Shown here piece by piece: positions 28,616 to 38,680 of a DNA stretch of 64,000 bases. The position numbers and the translations under genes were made by a program. The notes under the pieces are model-generated. The model had not been told where the DNA came from. It did not search any database and worked only from the letters and a program-made list of their open reading frames with translations. The first letter of the stretch is position 1, and each line of letters starts with the position of its first letter. This stretch comes from Verrucomicrobiota bacterium (GTDB lineage Bacteria; Verrucomicrobiota; Verrucomicrobiia; Limisphaerales; CANJXF01), in assembly GCA_038214755.1 (NCBI GenBank), contig JBBQRQ010000002.1, positions 32,001 through 96,000 of the forward strand, read 5' to 3'.

Positions 28616-30117
28616 ACCGCCAGCACGCGCAAATCTTCCGGCGTTTGAGCGCGGTCGATGATCTGCGCGTAATGTGAAATTTGCATGGGAGAAAATAAAT
28701 CCAGCAGAGAAATTTTTATCGGCCCCAACTCTCCCGTGAGCGTCACGTGATCCCATTGCGCGGAAATAATCGCATCGCAAAATTTTTGCACGCACTTGCC
28801 GCGAATCAACGCGCGCGTGGTCAAGGGCGGACCGCAAATCGCCGCGCGCACCGCTCCCTCGGCCGGCACATTTTCAAAAGCGCCGGATTGTTCCAAGCCG
28901 AAATAGAGTCCTTCGTTTCGGTCGAGCCGGTGATATTCCAAGTCGAGACTTTGCAGCCACGGATCGTCGTCCCCTACATTTTGCGCGGCTTGAAATTCAC
29001 GGATGAGCGCAAGTTTCGCCACCCAGTCGAGCCGGTTTCGACAGCGGAGATAATCCGTTTCCAAATCGTCGAGCACCGTTTCCCAATGGGCGACCACTTG
29101 CGCTTTGGACGAATCGGACAAATCGCAAACTTCCCGGACCGCTTGCAAATATTTTCGCTGAACTTCGACGGCGGTGGACCTTTGCGAATTTTGCAAAATC
29201 AGTTCCCAACGACATTTCGGGTCGCGCGAAATGGCCGGCAGCGCGCCGAGCGGGTCGCTCAAAATTGGATAAACTCGCTGCGGAAATCGCGTCAACGCCT
29301 CCAGCACGAGCGCCGTGGTGCCGACTTTCAACCGCGTGGCAAAGGGCGACATGTTCGCGTCGCCGATGATGACGTGAAACCGCCGATACAAATTAGGATT
29401 GGCGTGCGGTTCGTCTCGAGTGTTGACGAGCGGACGCCGCTGCATCGTGTCCACACTTTGCAGTTCGCTGAAAAAATCGCTGCGTTGAGCAATCTGAAAT
29501 CCGGGCGAAACAAATTTGTCCTCGGCCTCGATGGCAAATTTCCCCGCGCCCGCGAAAATTTGCCGCGTGACCAAAAAAGCCTGGATGCTTTGCGCGAGTT
29601 TTTCCCAGGGCAAGGAGCGCGGCAGTAAATAATTTTCATGGCAACCGTAACTGTGTCCGCGAAAGTCGGTGTTGTTTTTGTAGAGGCGGACCGTCTCGCC
29701 GCGTTGCTCAGAAAGCTTGCGCGCGCAGCGCATCAAAATTCTTTCGCCGGCCCGATCTTGCGCGACGAGTTCATCGAGCGTGCTGCATTCCGGCGTGCAA
29801 TATTCGGGATGAGCGTGGTCATTGTAAAAGCGCGCGCCGTTGCCGAGGATGAGGTCGCTTTTTATTTCGACGAAAGTCAATTCGCGTTGCGCGTCCTGGG
29901 CAAAATAATTTGCTTCATCCGTATCCTGCCGAAGTTCCTCGACGTGAAAACCGCGCATGTCGGCATGTGGATCTTCGCTTTCATAATCCCAGCGCATCCA
30001 GACGCCGGGTTCCGTCGCGCTGCGCACCAGCGCGATGGATTCGGCGACGACGTCGAGTTGCTCCACGTTGTCTCGCGCGATGCCGAATTCTGTTTCGATG
30101 CCGAATTGGATGTTCAT
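28609..30117 (-). CDS. dop: Pup deamidase/depupylase (Dop, PafA2 family)
   Basis: 'GIETEFG', Dop-loop-like 'WDYESEDPHADMRG', 'NGARFYNDHAHPEY', 'YKNNTD..GHSYGCHENY', 'NTRDEPHA', 'RRFHVIIGDAN'. Confidence 0.88.
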   Translation of the reverse strand: MNIQFGIETEFGIARDNVEQLDVVAESIALVRSATEPGVWMRWDYESEDPHADMRGFHVEELRQDTDEANYFAQDAQRELTFVEIKSDLILGNGARFYNDHAHPEYCTPECSTLDELVAQDRAGERILMRCARKLSEQRGETVRLYKNNTDFRGHSYGCHENYLLPRSLPWEKLAQSIQAFLVTRQIFAGAGKFAIEAEDKFVSPGFQIAQRSDFFSELQSVDTMQRRPLVNTRDEPHANPNLYRRFHVIIGDANMSPFATRLKVGTTALVLEALTRFPQRVYPILSDPLGALPAISRDPKCRWELILQNSQRSTAVEVQRKYLQAVREVCDLSDSSKAQVVAHWETVLDDLETDYLRCRNRLDWVAKLALIREFQAAQNVGDDDPWLQSLDLEYHRLDRNEGLYFGLEQSGAFENVPAEGAVRAAICGPPLTTRALIRGKCVQKFCDAIISAQWDHVTLTGELGPIKISLLDLFSPMQISHYAQIIDRAQTPEDLRVLAVG

Positions 30118-30128
30118 TTCAGATTTGA

Positions 30129-30286
30129 AGGGTAGCACAGGCCACTGGCCTGTTCCGTCCGGCGACCCAACGGACGGAATGGTGAGAATGTCACACTGTC
30201 TAAAAAGATTTTTTTGTTCCGCGACGCCCTTCCCATTCCGCTCGGCGGGGTCGCCGAGCGGGACGGGCGAGTCGCCCGTGCTACCC
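30129..30286. repeat. GTAG-type REP doublet between arc and dop
   Basis: gggtagcacaggccactggcctgttcc ... gggacgggcgagtcgcccgtgctaccc. Confidence 0.75.
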
Positions 30287-30301
30287 GTTAATTCGGCGAC
30301 G

Positions 30302-32008
30302 TCAAACAATTCCTTTGCCGAACGAATCGTCTTTTCTGGGGCGAATCGGGCCGAGCTTGATCACATTCTCTGGATCGAAGTCCGTCAGCTTGAGCCAATC
30401 TTCCGTGATGTCGGTTGGCGGAAACAGGTCGTTTTCTTCGTACTCCTTTTTCAAGCCGTTCAATAAATCTTCACGCGTCAGTTGCGTTTCCTGGTTCGTT
30501 TCAATGGTGCGTTTGATGGCAAGGCTTTTCGCCCGCTCGACCACCGCCGCGATGATGGCGCCGCTGGCCAGATCGCCTCGATGCAGAAAATCTTTTTTCC
30601 CGCTGCGATAGACAATTTCCAAAAATTGATTTTCCGGCGTGCGCGCAAAATGCGCTTCGGTGATGGCTTGCGCCAAATCTTTTTTCGGTTCGGCCAGTGG
30701 CAACGAGTCGCGCAAATAAATTTCGTAAATATTTTGCGCGCCAGTTTTGTCCGGGCGATTGACTTTTATTTTTCGATCAATGCGGCCGGGACGCAAAATC
30801 GCCGGGTCAATCAAGTCCGCGCGGTTCGAGGCGAGAATTACGACGACGTTGTGCAGCGGCTCCAATCCGTCCATCTCGGTGCAAAACATCGGGACGAGCG
30901 TGCTCAAAATGCTGGAGTAACGCCCCGCGCGCCGCGTGCCGAGAATGGATTCCGCCTCGTCGATGAAGAGAAATGCGAGAGCGCCGTCGCTGGCCCGTTC
31001 GCGGCATTGGGAAAAAAGATCGCGCACCTGCCGTTCGGATTCGCCGACCCACATGTTCAAAATTTCCGGGCCTTTGACGTGCAGAAAAAATTCGGGGTGA
31101 TCGACACCGGTTTGATTTTTAATTTGTTGACGCAGGTTGAACGCGGTCGCTTTGCCCAAAAGAGTTTTTCCGCAGCCGGGCGGGCCATGCAAAAGAAAAC
31201 CTTTCGGGACGGTGTGCTGAAAACGTTTGAACAAATCACGGTGCAAGAAAGGAAGTTCGATGGTGTCGCGAATCGCTTGCACCGCTTCTTCCTGACCGCC
31301 GACGGCAGCCCAGGGAAGTTCATCCACTTTTTCCAGCGAGCGTTCGATGCGTTTGCCGACGCCGATGACTTCGAGAGCGACACGCTGATTGGCGTCGAGG
31401 CGAATATCCATTCCCGGCTTCAACTTTTCTTTGGCGAGCAAGGAGGAACGAAGAAGGACGAGCGGCGAAAAGCCGGATTCCTGCCCGATGCGCAGACGTC
31501 CGTCGGAAAGCAATTCGTCGATGCGAACAATCGGGCCGTTGCGATCAAAGCCAAGTCCCTGCACGACGGCGAAAGCTTCGTTGCACAAAACGCGCTGGCC
31601 GATTTGCAAACTGGCCAGCGGGATTTGCGGGTCGAGCCGGCAAACGTAATCTGAGCCACCGACGCACACGTGCGCTTTGTCCGGATCAATCGGCATGAGA
31701 AAAGTGCCCACGCGAAAGGCGGGCGAGCGGAGTTTTTCGACAATCGCGTCGAGCTTTTCAATGGCTTGACGCGCTTGCTCATTGATTTCTTCCATCTCAG
31801 AAATGCGGTCGCGCAAATAAATCAAATCGAGGATGGAGGTGTGGCGTGGAGGAAGTTTTTGGGCGATGAGATCGACGAGTTGCAGCGTGGAAAGGGAATC
31901 CAATTGCTCGCGGGAAAGGAAATCTCCGAGCGGCGCAACCGGCTCGGGTTTTTCGCGCGGTGTTTCCGTTGGAGGTCGGGGCGCGGGCTTTTTTTTCGGT
32001 TCCGGCAT
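30302..32008 (-). CDS. arc: proteasome-associated AAA ATPase (ARC/Mpa family)
   Basis: N-terminal coiled coil plus OB domains, 'GPPGCGKT', 'KGPEILNMWVGESER', 'ASNRADLIDPAILRPGRID'; directly upstream of dop. Confidence 0.9.
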   Translation of the reverse strand: MPEPKKKPAPRPPTETPREKPEPVAPLGDFLSREQLDSLSTLQLVDLIAQKLPPRHTSILDLIYLRDRISEMEEINEQARQAIEKLDAIVEKLRSPAFRVGTFLMPIDPDKAHVCVGGSDYVCRLDPQIPLASLQIGQRVLCNEAFAVVQGLGFDRNGPIVRIDELLSDGRLRIGQESGFSPLVLLRSSLLAKEKLKPGMDIRLDANQRVALEVIGVGKRIERSLEKVDELPWAAVGGQEEAVQAIRDTIELPFLHRDLFKRFQHTVPKGFLLHGPPGCGKTLLGKATAFNLRQQIKNQTGVDHPEFFLHVKGPEILNMWVGESERQVRDLFSQCRERASDGALAFLFIDEAESILGTRRAGRYSSILSTLVPMFCTEMDGLEPLHNVVVILASNRADLIDPAILRPGRIDRKIKVNRPDKTGAQNIYEIYLRDSLPLAEPKKDLAQAITEAHFARTPENQFLEIVYRSGKKDFLHRGDLASGAIIAAVVERAKSLAIKRTIETNQETQLTREDLLNGLKKEYEENDLFPPTDITEDWLKLTDFDPENVIKLGPIRPRKDDSFGKGIV

Positions 32009-32096
32009 GCGAGAAGTTTAATCGCCAAAATTAGTTTTGCAAACTGCGCGAATTTTTTTTGGACACGGCGATGAGATTCGACGCAAAGTAAAAAAT

Positions 32097-32474
32097 ATGA
32101 AAATTGCCAAAATCGTTGTCCGCCTGCTAATGGGATTGTTGTTTCTGCTTTCATCCCTTGTTGTCCTTTTTAAACTCGCGCCGCAACCGGAGTTGAAAGG
32201 CGGCGCTAAACTTTTCATGGAGGGATTGATGGCGTCGGTTTATTTTATCCCGCTGCTGAAGATCACCGAGCTCCTCTGTGCGATTGCTTTTATTTCGGGC
32301 CGGTTCGTGGCGCTCGCCACGGTGGTGATATTTCCGGTCGTCTTGAACATCGTGTTGTATCACGCCTTTCTTGATCCGAAAGGTTTGCCTGTGGCGATAG
32401 TGATTTTGCTGGCGAATTTATTCCTGGCGTTTGCCTACAGGAAAAATTACGCAACGCTACTGGCGGCGAAATAA
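32097..32474 (+). CDS. DoxX family membrane protein
   Basis: four TM helices, 'RLLMGLLF', 'ELLCAI', 'PVVLNIVLYH'. Confidence 0.8.
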   Translation: MKIAKIVVRLLMGLLFLLSSLVVLFKLAPQPELKGGAKLFMEGLMASVYFIPLLKITELLCAIAFISGRFVALATVVIFPVVLNIVLYHAFLDPKGLPVAIVILLANLFLAFAYRKNYATLLAAK

Positions 32475-32640
32475 TTGTTACGGGAAGAATGCCTCTGAAG
32501 AATCCAATTGCGAAAGTGGAGGCGAAAGTCGGGATTGATCCAAAACGCAGTGATCTTGGAAACAAACTACGTAGTTTACGATTTTTTGATTGCGTGTCGA
32601 CCCTATCAGAAATCATTTCTTTTTCATTTTCAATGAGCGA

Positions 32641-34043
32641 GTTGCCTCATAAATAAAGACACCGAGGGGAAGCTTGGGAGAGGGGGAAAAACAATACGTT
32701 GCCTCACGGGAAAATGACACCGACAAACTGGAGGATGAAAATGAAAAAGAGCAGTTGTCGGCAAGAAGAGTTGGAGCGGTTGCAGCGGCGTTATGAAGGT
32801 CGCGGCAAGGAAGGCAAGACGCGCTTGCTCGACGAGTTTTGCGAGCAGCACGGCTACGAGCGCAAACATGCGATCAAGCTCCTGGGTGATCAATTGCCCA
32901 AAGGCAAAGGCGTGGCGCGCGTGGGAGCCGAACCGGTCTATGAACCGGTGCGGGAAGTCATCGAACAGATCTGGAAAGCCAGCGAACAACTTTGCGGCAA
33001 GCGGCTGGAACCGGCGCTGGAACTGTGGCTGCCGCATTACGGCAAACATTATGGAAGCCTGTGGCCGACGCAAAAGAAGCTCTTAAAAGAAGTCAGCGCG
33101 GCGACGTTGGATCGGATGCTGGCCGGGTTGAAAACGGAAGTGCCACGGCGTTTGTGCGGCACACGCCCGGGGACATTGTTGCGCCAACAGATTCCGATTC
33201 AAGGGGAAGTGTGGGATGAAAAGCGGGCGGGATTTCTGGAAGCCGACAGCGTGGCCCACTGCGGGTCGAGTCTGGCCGGAGATTTTATTTGGAGCCTGAC
33301 CTATACGTGTTTGGGCAGCGGCTGGACCGAAGGCCGGGCGGTGTGGAACAAGGGCGCGCACGGGGTGGTGGAGCAAACCAAAGACGTGGAGGAGAATCTG
33401 CCCTTTCCATTGTTGGGGATGGATTTTGACAACGGCAGCGAATGGCTCAACTGGCATCTGGTGCATTATTTGCAGGAGCGGGTGGCGCCGGTGAAGCTGA
33501 CGCGCTCGCGTCCCTATCACAAGGATGACAACGCGCATGTGGAACAGAAGAACTGGATGTGGCCGCGCCAGGTGTTGGGTTACAGCCGGCTGGAGAAAGC
33601 CGAAGCCGTGCCGTTAATCAACCGGCTCTACAAAGAAACGTGGGGGCCGTTGCAGAACTTTTTTCTGCCCTCGGCCCGGCTGGTGGAAAAGCATCGGGAA
33701 GGCAGCCGTTGGGTGCGGCGGCTGATCGTCCGCAAACGGCGTATTAACGATTGGCGCAGGGCGGGCAGTTGAGTAAAAAAGAGGCGAGGCGATTGCAGGA
33801 TTGGAAAGAGTCGTTGGATCCCTTTGAACTGGCGGGCAAACCGATCTGCAACTCAAACCGATATTAAGATGAAGCAAAAAGAAATCAGTCGCCAAATTTT
33901 TTGCTCCTGCTGCTGCGCAGCAGCAGGGGCCAAACCCCCTCCTGACGGAGGCGAAAACAAAAAACCCGTCGGTGTCATTTAACGTGAGGCAACGATTACC
34001 CTAAATTACCAAAATTCTCGGTGTCATTTATCCTTGAGGCAAC
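32641..34043 (+). mobile_element. insertion sequence (rve/DDE integrase-core type, ISNCY-like) with doubled terminal inverted repeats
   Basis: left gttgcctca..gacaccga at 32641-32666 and 32698-32724; right tcggtgtca..tgaggcaac at 33968-33993 and 34017-34043. Confidence 0.85.
32741..33880 (+). pseudogene. DDE transposase, C-terminally disrupted
   Basis: 'EADSVAHCG', 'DFDNGSE', 'TRSRPYHKDDNAHVEQKN'; frameshift near 33720, TAA at 33745-33747, then 'LDPFEL' continues. Confidence 0.8.
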
Positions 34044-34140
34044 AGGTTCCTCATGTCCAATTGATTTCGATTACGGGCGGCGCGCGCGATTTTTAAAATT
34101 GCGAAACGGTTTTTTTCGTCTGACTGTTTGGGGCGTCCGC

Positions 34141-36780
34141 ATGAATTTATATTCCCCCAAAGCTGCCACGCTGATTCAACTGGCGTTGCTTTTTTTTGTC
34201 GGCATCAACGCCAAGGCTCAATTCATTCCACCGCGCGCCGACGTGATTTTGATTTCGGGAATGGCCGGTGATCTGGAAACGGAAAAGGAATATCGCGACC
34301 AACTCCATTCGTGGCTGGAATTTCTCGCGACGCAAAAACCTGCGGGCGGCATCACGGTTCTCGCGGATGTCGATCTGGAAAATGTTCCCGTCGATTTACC
34401 GGTGAAAAAACTCAAAGCCACGCGGGAAGCATTCCTCGCGGTGGGCAAAACGCTCGCTGCTTCGACGAACAAACTATTCGTCGTGGCGTGGGGACACGGC
34501 GGTTTGCAAGGACGCACTCCGGTTTTTCACGTCCGCGGGCCGCGCCTGACGCCCGCCGATTTCAAGGCTCTCGCCGAAAGCACGAAAGCGCCTTCCGATT
34601 GGATTTTATATTTTCGCAGCAGCGGAAATTTTGCGCAAGAACTCGCCGCGCCCGATCGCAAAATTATTTCTTCCGAAAACGAAACGATTTATGCCAGTGA
34701 TCCGGTCGGCCTTTCCGTTTTGTTGAAAAAACTGAACGCCGATCCCTCGCTGGATTTTGCGAAAGGCGCCAGCGAACTCGGCTTCGGCGTCGCCAGTTGG
34801 TATCGCGACCGAAATCTTGCCCGCACTGAAGAACCAACGCTTTGGCTGGGCTCGGAAAAACCGCTGACGTTGATTTCCACGGAATCCGCAGCGCAAACCA
34901 ATTCAGTTCCAAACTTAAAATCTCCGCTCCCGCTCACCAAGGATTTGCCCGCCGCCTGGAAAGAAATTCAACGCGTCGAAGCGCAAAAATTTCCCGACGC
35001 GGACGCGGTGGTGCTGAATGCCCGCCAGGTTTATACGTTGGGAAATCGTCCCGCGCTTTCCGTCGAGGAAGAACAATTCATCCAGATTCTCACCGAGGAA
35101 GGCAAAAGGTTTGGCGATTTCGATTTCAATTATTCACCGCCGTTTGAAGACATCAATTTTTTAACGTGCGAAGTGTTGCGCCCGAACGGCGAATTGGCGC
35201 GACTCGATCCCGAGGCGATTCGCGATGCTTCCGATTCCTCTTTGCGCGATTACAAAACGGGTCAGCGAAAAATGTTCTCGCTTCCACAAGTCGGTCCCGG
35301 CGCGATTTTGCACATTCATTACACGCGAACCTGGCAGAGCTTCCCGCTGCCGCATGTCTCCACAAAAATTTCGCTGGCCGGAGAATCGCCGATCTTGCAG
35401 GAAACCATTCGCGTCAGCGTTCCGCGAAATGCGGCATTTAATTTTTCGTTCGAGAACATGGATTCGCGCGATCCTGAACTGAAACAAACCCAATACGGCA
35501 CGACGTATATCTGGAATTTTAAAAATCTCGACGCTCACACGCGAGAAGCCCTTTCCCCGCTGGACGGCGAGCCGCAACTGTTGATTTCAACGTTCCCCGA
35601 CTGGGCTGCCTTCACCGGCTGGTATGCGCGCCTCTGTAAATTGTCGGATGAAATCACACCGGAGATTTCCGAGAAAGCTGCCGAGTTGACGCGCGCTTGC
35701 AAAAGCGATCAGGAAAAAATCGCCGCGCTCTACAATTACGTGACCGGCTTGCGCTACGTCGCAGTGGAAATGGGCGTGAATTCTTTTCGCCCGCCCGCCG
35801 CCGCCAATGTTTTGCAAAATCAATTTGGCGATTGCAAAGACAAGGCGAATTTTTTCAACACACTCATTCGCTCGTTGAAAAAGGAAAATCTGAATGCGCA
35901 TCTCGTTCTTGTTCCGCGGTTCACTCAAGCCAACGAAGCAATGCCCGGGCTTGCGTTCAATCACGCCATTTCGCGAGTCAAATTGGGTGACGAAGTCTTT
36001 TGGATCGACACGACCGATGATGTTTGTCGTTTCGGAATGTTGCCCCCCGGCGACTCGGGCAGAAAAGTGTTGGTCATCGACGAACAGACCACCGCCCTGG
36101 CGCAACTGCCCAAACCGCAGGCGCGCGATCATCAACTGGTTCTTCGCGCCAAAGTGAACTGTTCCGCGCTGAACGAAAGCGAACTGCCTTTCGCAGCGGA
36201 CATTTCCGGCCTCGGCTACGTCGATTACGAACTTCGCTCGCTGGCCCGTCATTTCAAAACCCATTCGGCCAATGTGCCGTTGCTGTCCGCAAAGTTTCGC
36301 ATGGCCAACTCCAGTTTCAGTTTGGACAAACAAACTTATTCGCCTATTTCCGCGTTGAGCAAAAATTTCAATTTGCAAATGGATGGAAAAATTATCGGCG
36401 GGAATTCTGTTTTGCCGGCGGGAAAATCTTTCCTGTTGAAAGCGCCGTTTTGGATTCCGACCGAATGGGATGTCGCATTGCATCGCCGGAGCGCCGGACT
36501 TTTTTTGAACCAGGGCTATCCCCTCGGACTCGAAGAATCCGTGGAGTTTGAATTGCCGCCCAATCTTAAAAATATTTCGACGCCTGCCTCCCGCGAAAAC
36601 AAGGAAGCGCCGCTGAAGTGGAAAGTCGATTGGCAACGCAACGGCACACATTTAATTGCGAAACTAAATGCGGAATTGGCGAGCGGCGAAATTTCCGCCA
36701 AAGAAGTTCCCGCGTTCCAAAATCAAATTCGTAATCTGCTTTCCGCGCTCGCCGTTGGCGCGGAGATCTCGTTACCTTGA
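34141..36780 (+). CDS. secreted DUF3857/transglutaminase-like protein with extra N-terminal alpha/beta domain
   Basis: signal peptide; 'LRYV', 'GDCKDKA', 'FNHAI', 'WIDTT' transglutaminase triad. Confidence 0.85.
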   Translation: MNLYSPKAATLIQLALLFFVGINAKAQFIPPRADVILISGMAGDLETEKEYRDQLHSWLEFLATQKPAGGITVLADVDLENVPVDLPVKKLKATREAFLAVGKTLAASTNKLFVVAWGHGGLQGRTPVFHVRGPRLTPADFKALAESTKAPSDWILYFRSSGNFAQELAAPDRKIISSENETIYASDPVGLSVLLKKLNADPSLDFAKGASELGFGVASWYRDRNLARTEEPTLWLGSEKPLTLISTESAAQTNSVPNLKSPLPLTKDLPAAWKEIQRVEAQKFPDADAVVLNARQVYTLGNRPALSVEEEQFIQILTEEGKRFGDFDFNYSPPFEDINFLTCEVLRPNGELARLDPEAIRDASDSSLRDYKTGQRKMFSLPQVGPGAILHIHYTRTWQSFPLPHVSTKISLAGESPILQETIRVSVPRNAAFNFSFENMDSRDPELKQTQYGTTYIWNFKNLDAHTREALSPLDGEPQLLISTFPDWAAFTGWYARLCKLSDEITPEISEKAAELTRACKSDQEKIAALYNYVTGLRYVAVEMGVNSFRPPAAANVLQNQFGDCKDKANFFNTLIRSLKKENLNAHLVLVPRFTQANEAMPGLAFNHAISRVKLGDEVFWIDTTDDVCRFGMLPPGDSGRKVLVIDEQTTALAQLPKPQARDHQLVLRAKVNCSALNESELPFAADISGLGYVDYELRSLARHFKTHSANVPLLSAKFRMANSSFSLDKQTYSPISALSKNFNLQMDGKIIGGNSVLPAGKSFLLKAPFWIPTEWDVALHRRSAGLFLNQGYPLGLEESVEFELPPNLKNISTPASRENKEAPLKWKVDWQRNGTHLIAKLNAELASGEISAKEVPAFQNQIRNLLSALAVGAEISLP

Positions 36781-36805
36781 AAAAAACACCCAATGAAAGG
36801 TCACC

Positions 36806-37873
36806 ATGTTGGACAATGAAATCGTTGTTCCGCCCGAAATAAGCGCGCCGCCCGTTTCCCGTCCGCCGCCGCTTCCGCCGGTCATCAACCCCGATCCCAC
36901 GGCTGTTTTGGAAAAACTTCCGGCCAAGGTCAAAGCCATTCAAAACGAAATCTCCAAAGTCGTCGTCGGCCAGGACAACACGGTGGAGGCGATGCTCAAC
37001 GCGCTGTTTACGCGTGGCCATTGTTTGATCATCGGCGTTCCGGGACTGGCGAAAACTTTGCTCGTCCATGCGCTGGCGCGATTGCTCAATCTGCCGTTTT
37101 CGCGAATTCAATTTACGCCGGACCTGATGCCGTCGGACATCACCGGCACGGAAATTCTCGAAGAAGATTTGGCGACAGGCCGGCGGCAATTCGTCTTCAC
37201 GCGCGGACCGGTTTTCACGCAGGTTTTGCTGGCGGATGAAATCAATCGCACGCCGCCGAAAACGCAGGCCGCTTTGCTGGAAGCGATGCAGGAAAAAACA
37301 GTGACCGTCGCCGGGAAAAGTTATCGCCTCGAAGAACCATTCATCGTTCTTGCGACACAAAATCCAATTGAACAGGAAGGAACTTATCCATTGCCCGAAG
37401 CGCAGCTCGACCGATTTTTATTTGAGTTGCCGATTGAATATCCGACGGCCGCCGACGAGTTTCGCATCGTCGAGCAACATTCATTCACGCCGCTAACCAA
37501 GCTGGAGCCGATTCTTAGTCGCGAAGATATTTTGCAATGGCGTGAAGCGATTGCGCAAATTCCCGCCGCGCCGAATGTGATTCAATACGCGGTGAATCTT
37601 GCGCGCGCCACGCGGCCAAATGATCCGAAGTCGCCCGATTACATCAAGCGGTGGATTCGCTGGGGCGCAAGCCCGCGCGCCAGCCAATATCTCATCATCG
37701 CTGGTCGTGCCCGCGCCGCGATGCAAGGCCGATTCAACGTCGCGTGCGAAGATGTCGCCGCGCTCGCGCCCATTGTTTTCCGTCATCGTTTGATTCGCAG
37801 TTTTCAAGCGGACGCTGACGGAAAAACGAACGAAGAAATCATCACTAAACTTTTGCAGGACATTTCGCGCTAA
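36806..37873 (+). CDS. moxR: MoxR family AAA+ ATPase
   Basis: 'GVPGLAKT', 'RIQFTPDLMPSDITG', 'DEINRTPPKTQAALLEAMQE', 'GTYPLPEAQLDRF'. Confidence 0.95.
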   Translation: MLDNEIVVPPEISAPPVSRPPPLPPVINPDPTAVLEKLPAKVKAIQNEISKVVVGQDNTVEAMLNALFTRGHCLIIGVPGLAKTLLVHALARLLNLPFSRIQFTPDLMPSDITGTEILEEDLATGRRQFVFTRGPVFTQVLLADEINRTPPKTQAALLEAMQEKTVTVAGKSYRLEEPFIVLATQNPIEQEGTYPLPEAQLDRFLFELPIEYPTAADEFRIVEQHSFTPLTKLEPILSREDILQWREAIAQIPAAPNVIQYAVNLARATRPNDPKSPDYIKRWIRWGASPRASQYLIIAGRARAAMQGRFNVACEDVAALAPIVFRHRLIRSFQADADGKTNEEIITKLLQDISR

Positions 37874-37973
37874 AAACATTTTCCTGTGCAGATCGCGTCC
37901 AAACACCTGGCGAAGTGCGCCGTGAAAATCGAAGAAAAATCCCATTGCGAAATGAGAAGTGGGAAGGCGTGGT

Positions 37974-38297
37974 ATGAAGCCTTTTGACCTTTTAAAATTT
38001 CGAGAGTTCGTTACGGCGGAAAAAATCGAATGGCGGAAGCACGTTCTGCAAAAGCTGGCCGAACGCGCTATCCCCCAGCAATTCGTTCGCGATGTATTGC
38101 TGGCCGGCGAACGAATTCGGGACTACGCGGATGACAAACCTTTTCCGAGCGCGCTTTTTCTAGGGTATGTTTCCGGCAAGCCGCTTCATGTGGTGGCAGC
38201 TTGTGATGAAACGCAAGGACAGGTGTTCATCATTACGGCTTACGAACCGTCGCTCGAAATTTTTGAACCGGATTATAAAACAAAACGAAAATTATGA
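37974..38297 (+). CDS. DUF4258 family putative toxin
   Basis: 'HVLQKLAERAI', 'DY.DDKPFPSAL', 'PLHVV', 'IITAYEP'. Confidence 0.85.
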   Translation: MKPFDLLKFREFVTAEKIEWRKHVLQKLAERAIPQQFVRDVLLAGERIRDYADDKPFPSALFLGYVSGKPLHVVAACDETQGQVFIITAYEPSLEIFEPDYKTKRKL

Positions 38298-38527
38298 ACG
38301 CGAAAGACAATCAATGCCCGCTGTGCGGCGGTAGGAAAACAAACGGCGAAACCACTTTCACGGCGGATTTAGGAAGCGGCGTGGTCGTCGTGCGGCGCGT
38401 CCGCGCCACGGTTTGCGCGCAATGCGGCGAAGAATGGATTGATGATGCGACCGCCCGCCGCCTGGAGCAGGTCGTCAACGAAGCGCGGTTAAAACACAGT
38501 GAAGTGGAAGTGACGGCCTTTGCATGA
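38294..38527 (+). CDS. YgiT-type zinc finger (MqsA-like) antitoxin
   Basis: CPLCG...CAQCGE; ATGA overlap with the DUF4258 gene. Confidence 0.85.
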   Translation: MNAKDNQCPLCGGRKTNGETTFTADLGSGVVVVRRVRATVCAQCGEEWIDDATARRLEQVVNEARLKHSEVEVTAFA

Positions 38528-38680
38528 CTCAATCTTGAAACCAAAAACGCCCGGCGATTACGCCAGCCGATAAAGACCAAGCCTGATCTAAAAACAAATG
38601 AGTTTGTCGGCCCACTACAAGTCCGATCTAACCGACAAACCAACACCCTCATCGTTTCACGTCGTTAAAATTTTGAAACC

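Noticed and set aside
30118..30309. 64-aa N-terminal extension of Dop in the ORF track
   Set aside because: It is read-through of a REP doublet; family similarity starts at the ATG at 30117
34021..34140. ORF-track start of the transglutaminase gene
   Set aside because: Begins inside the IS right inverted repeat; the signal peptide follows the ATG at 34141
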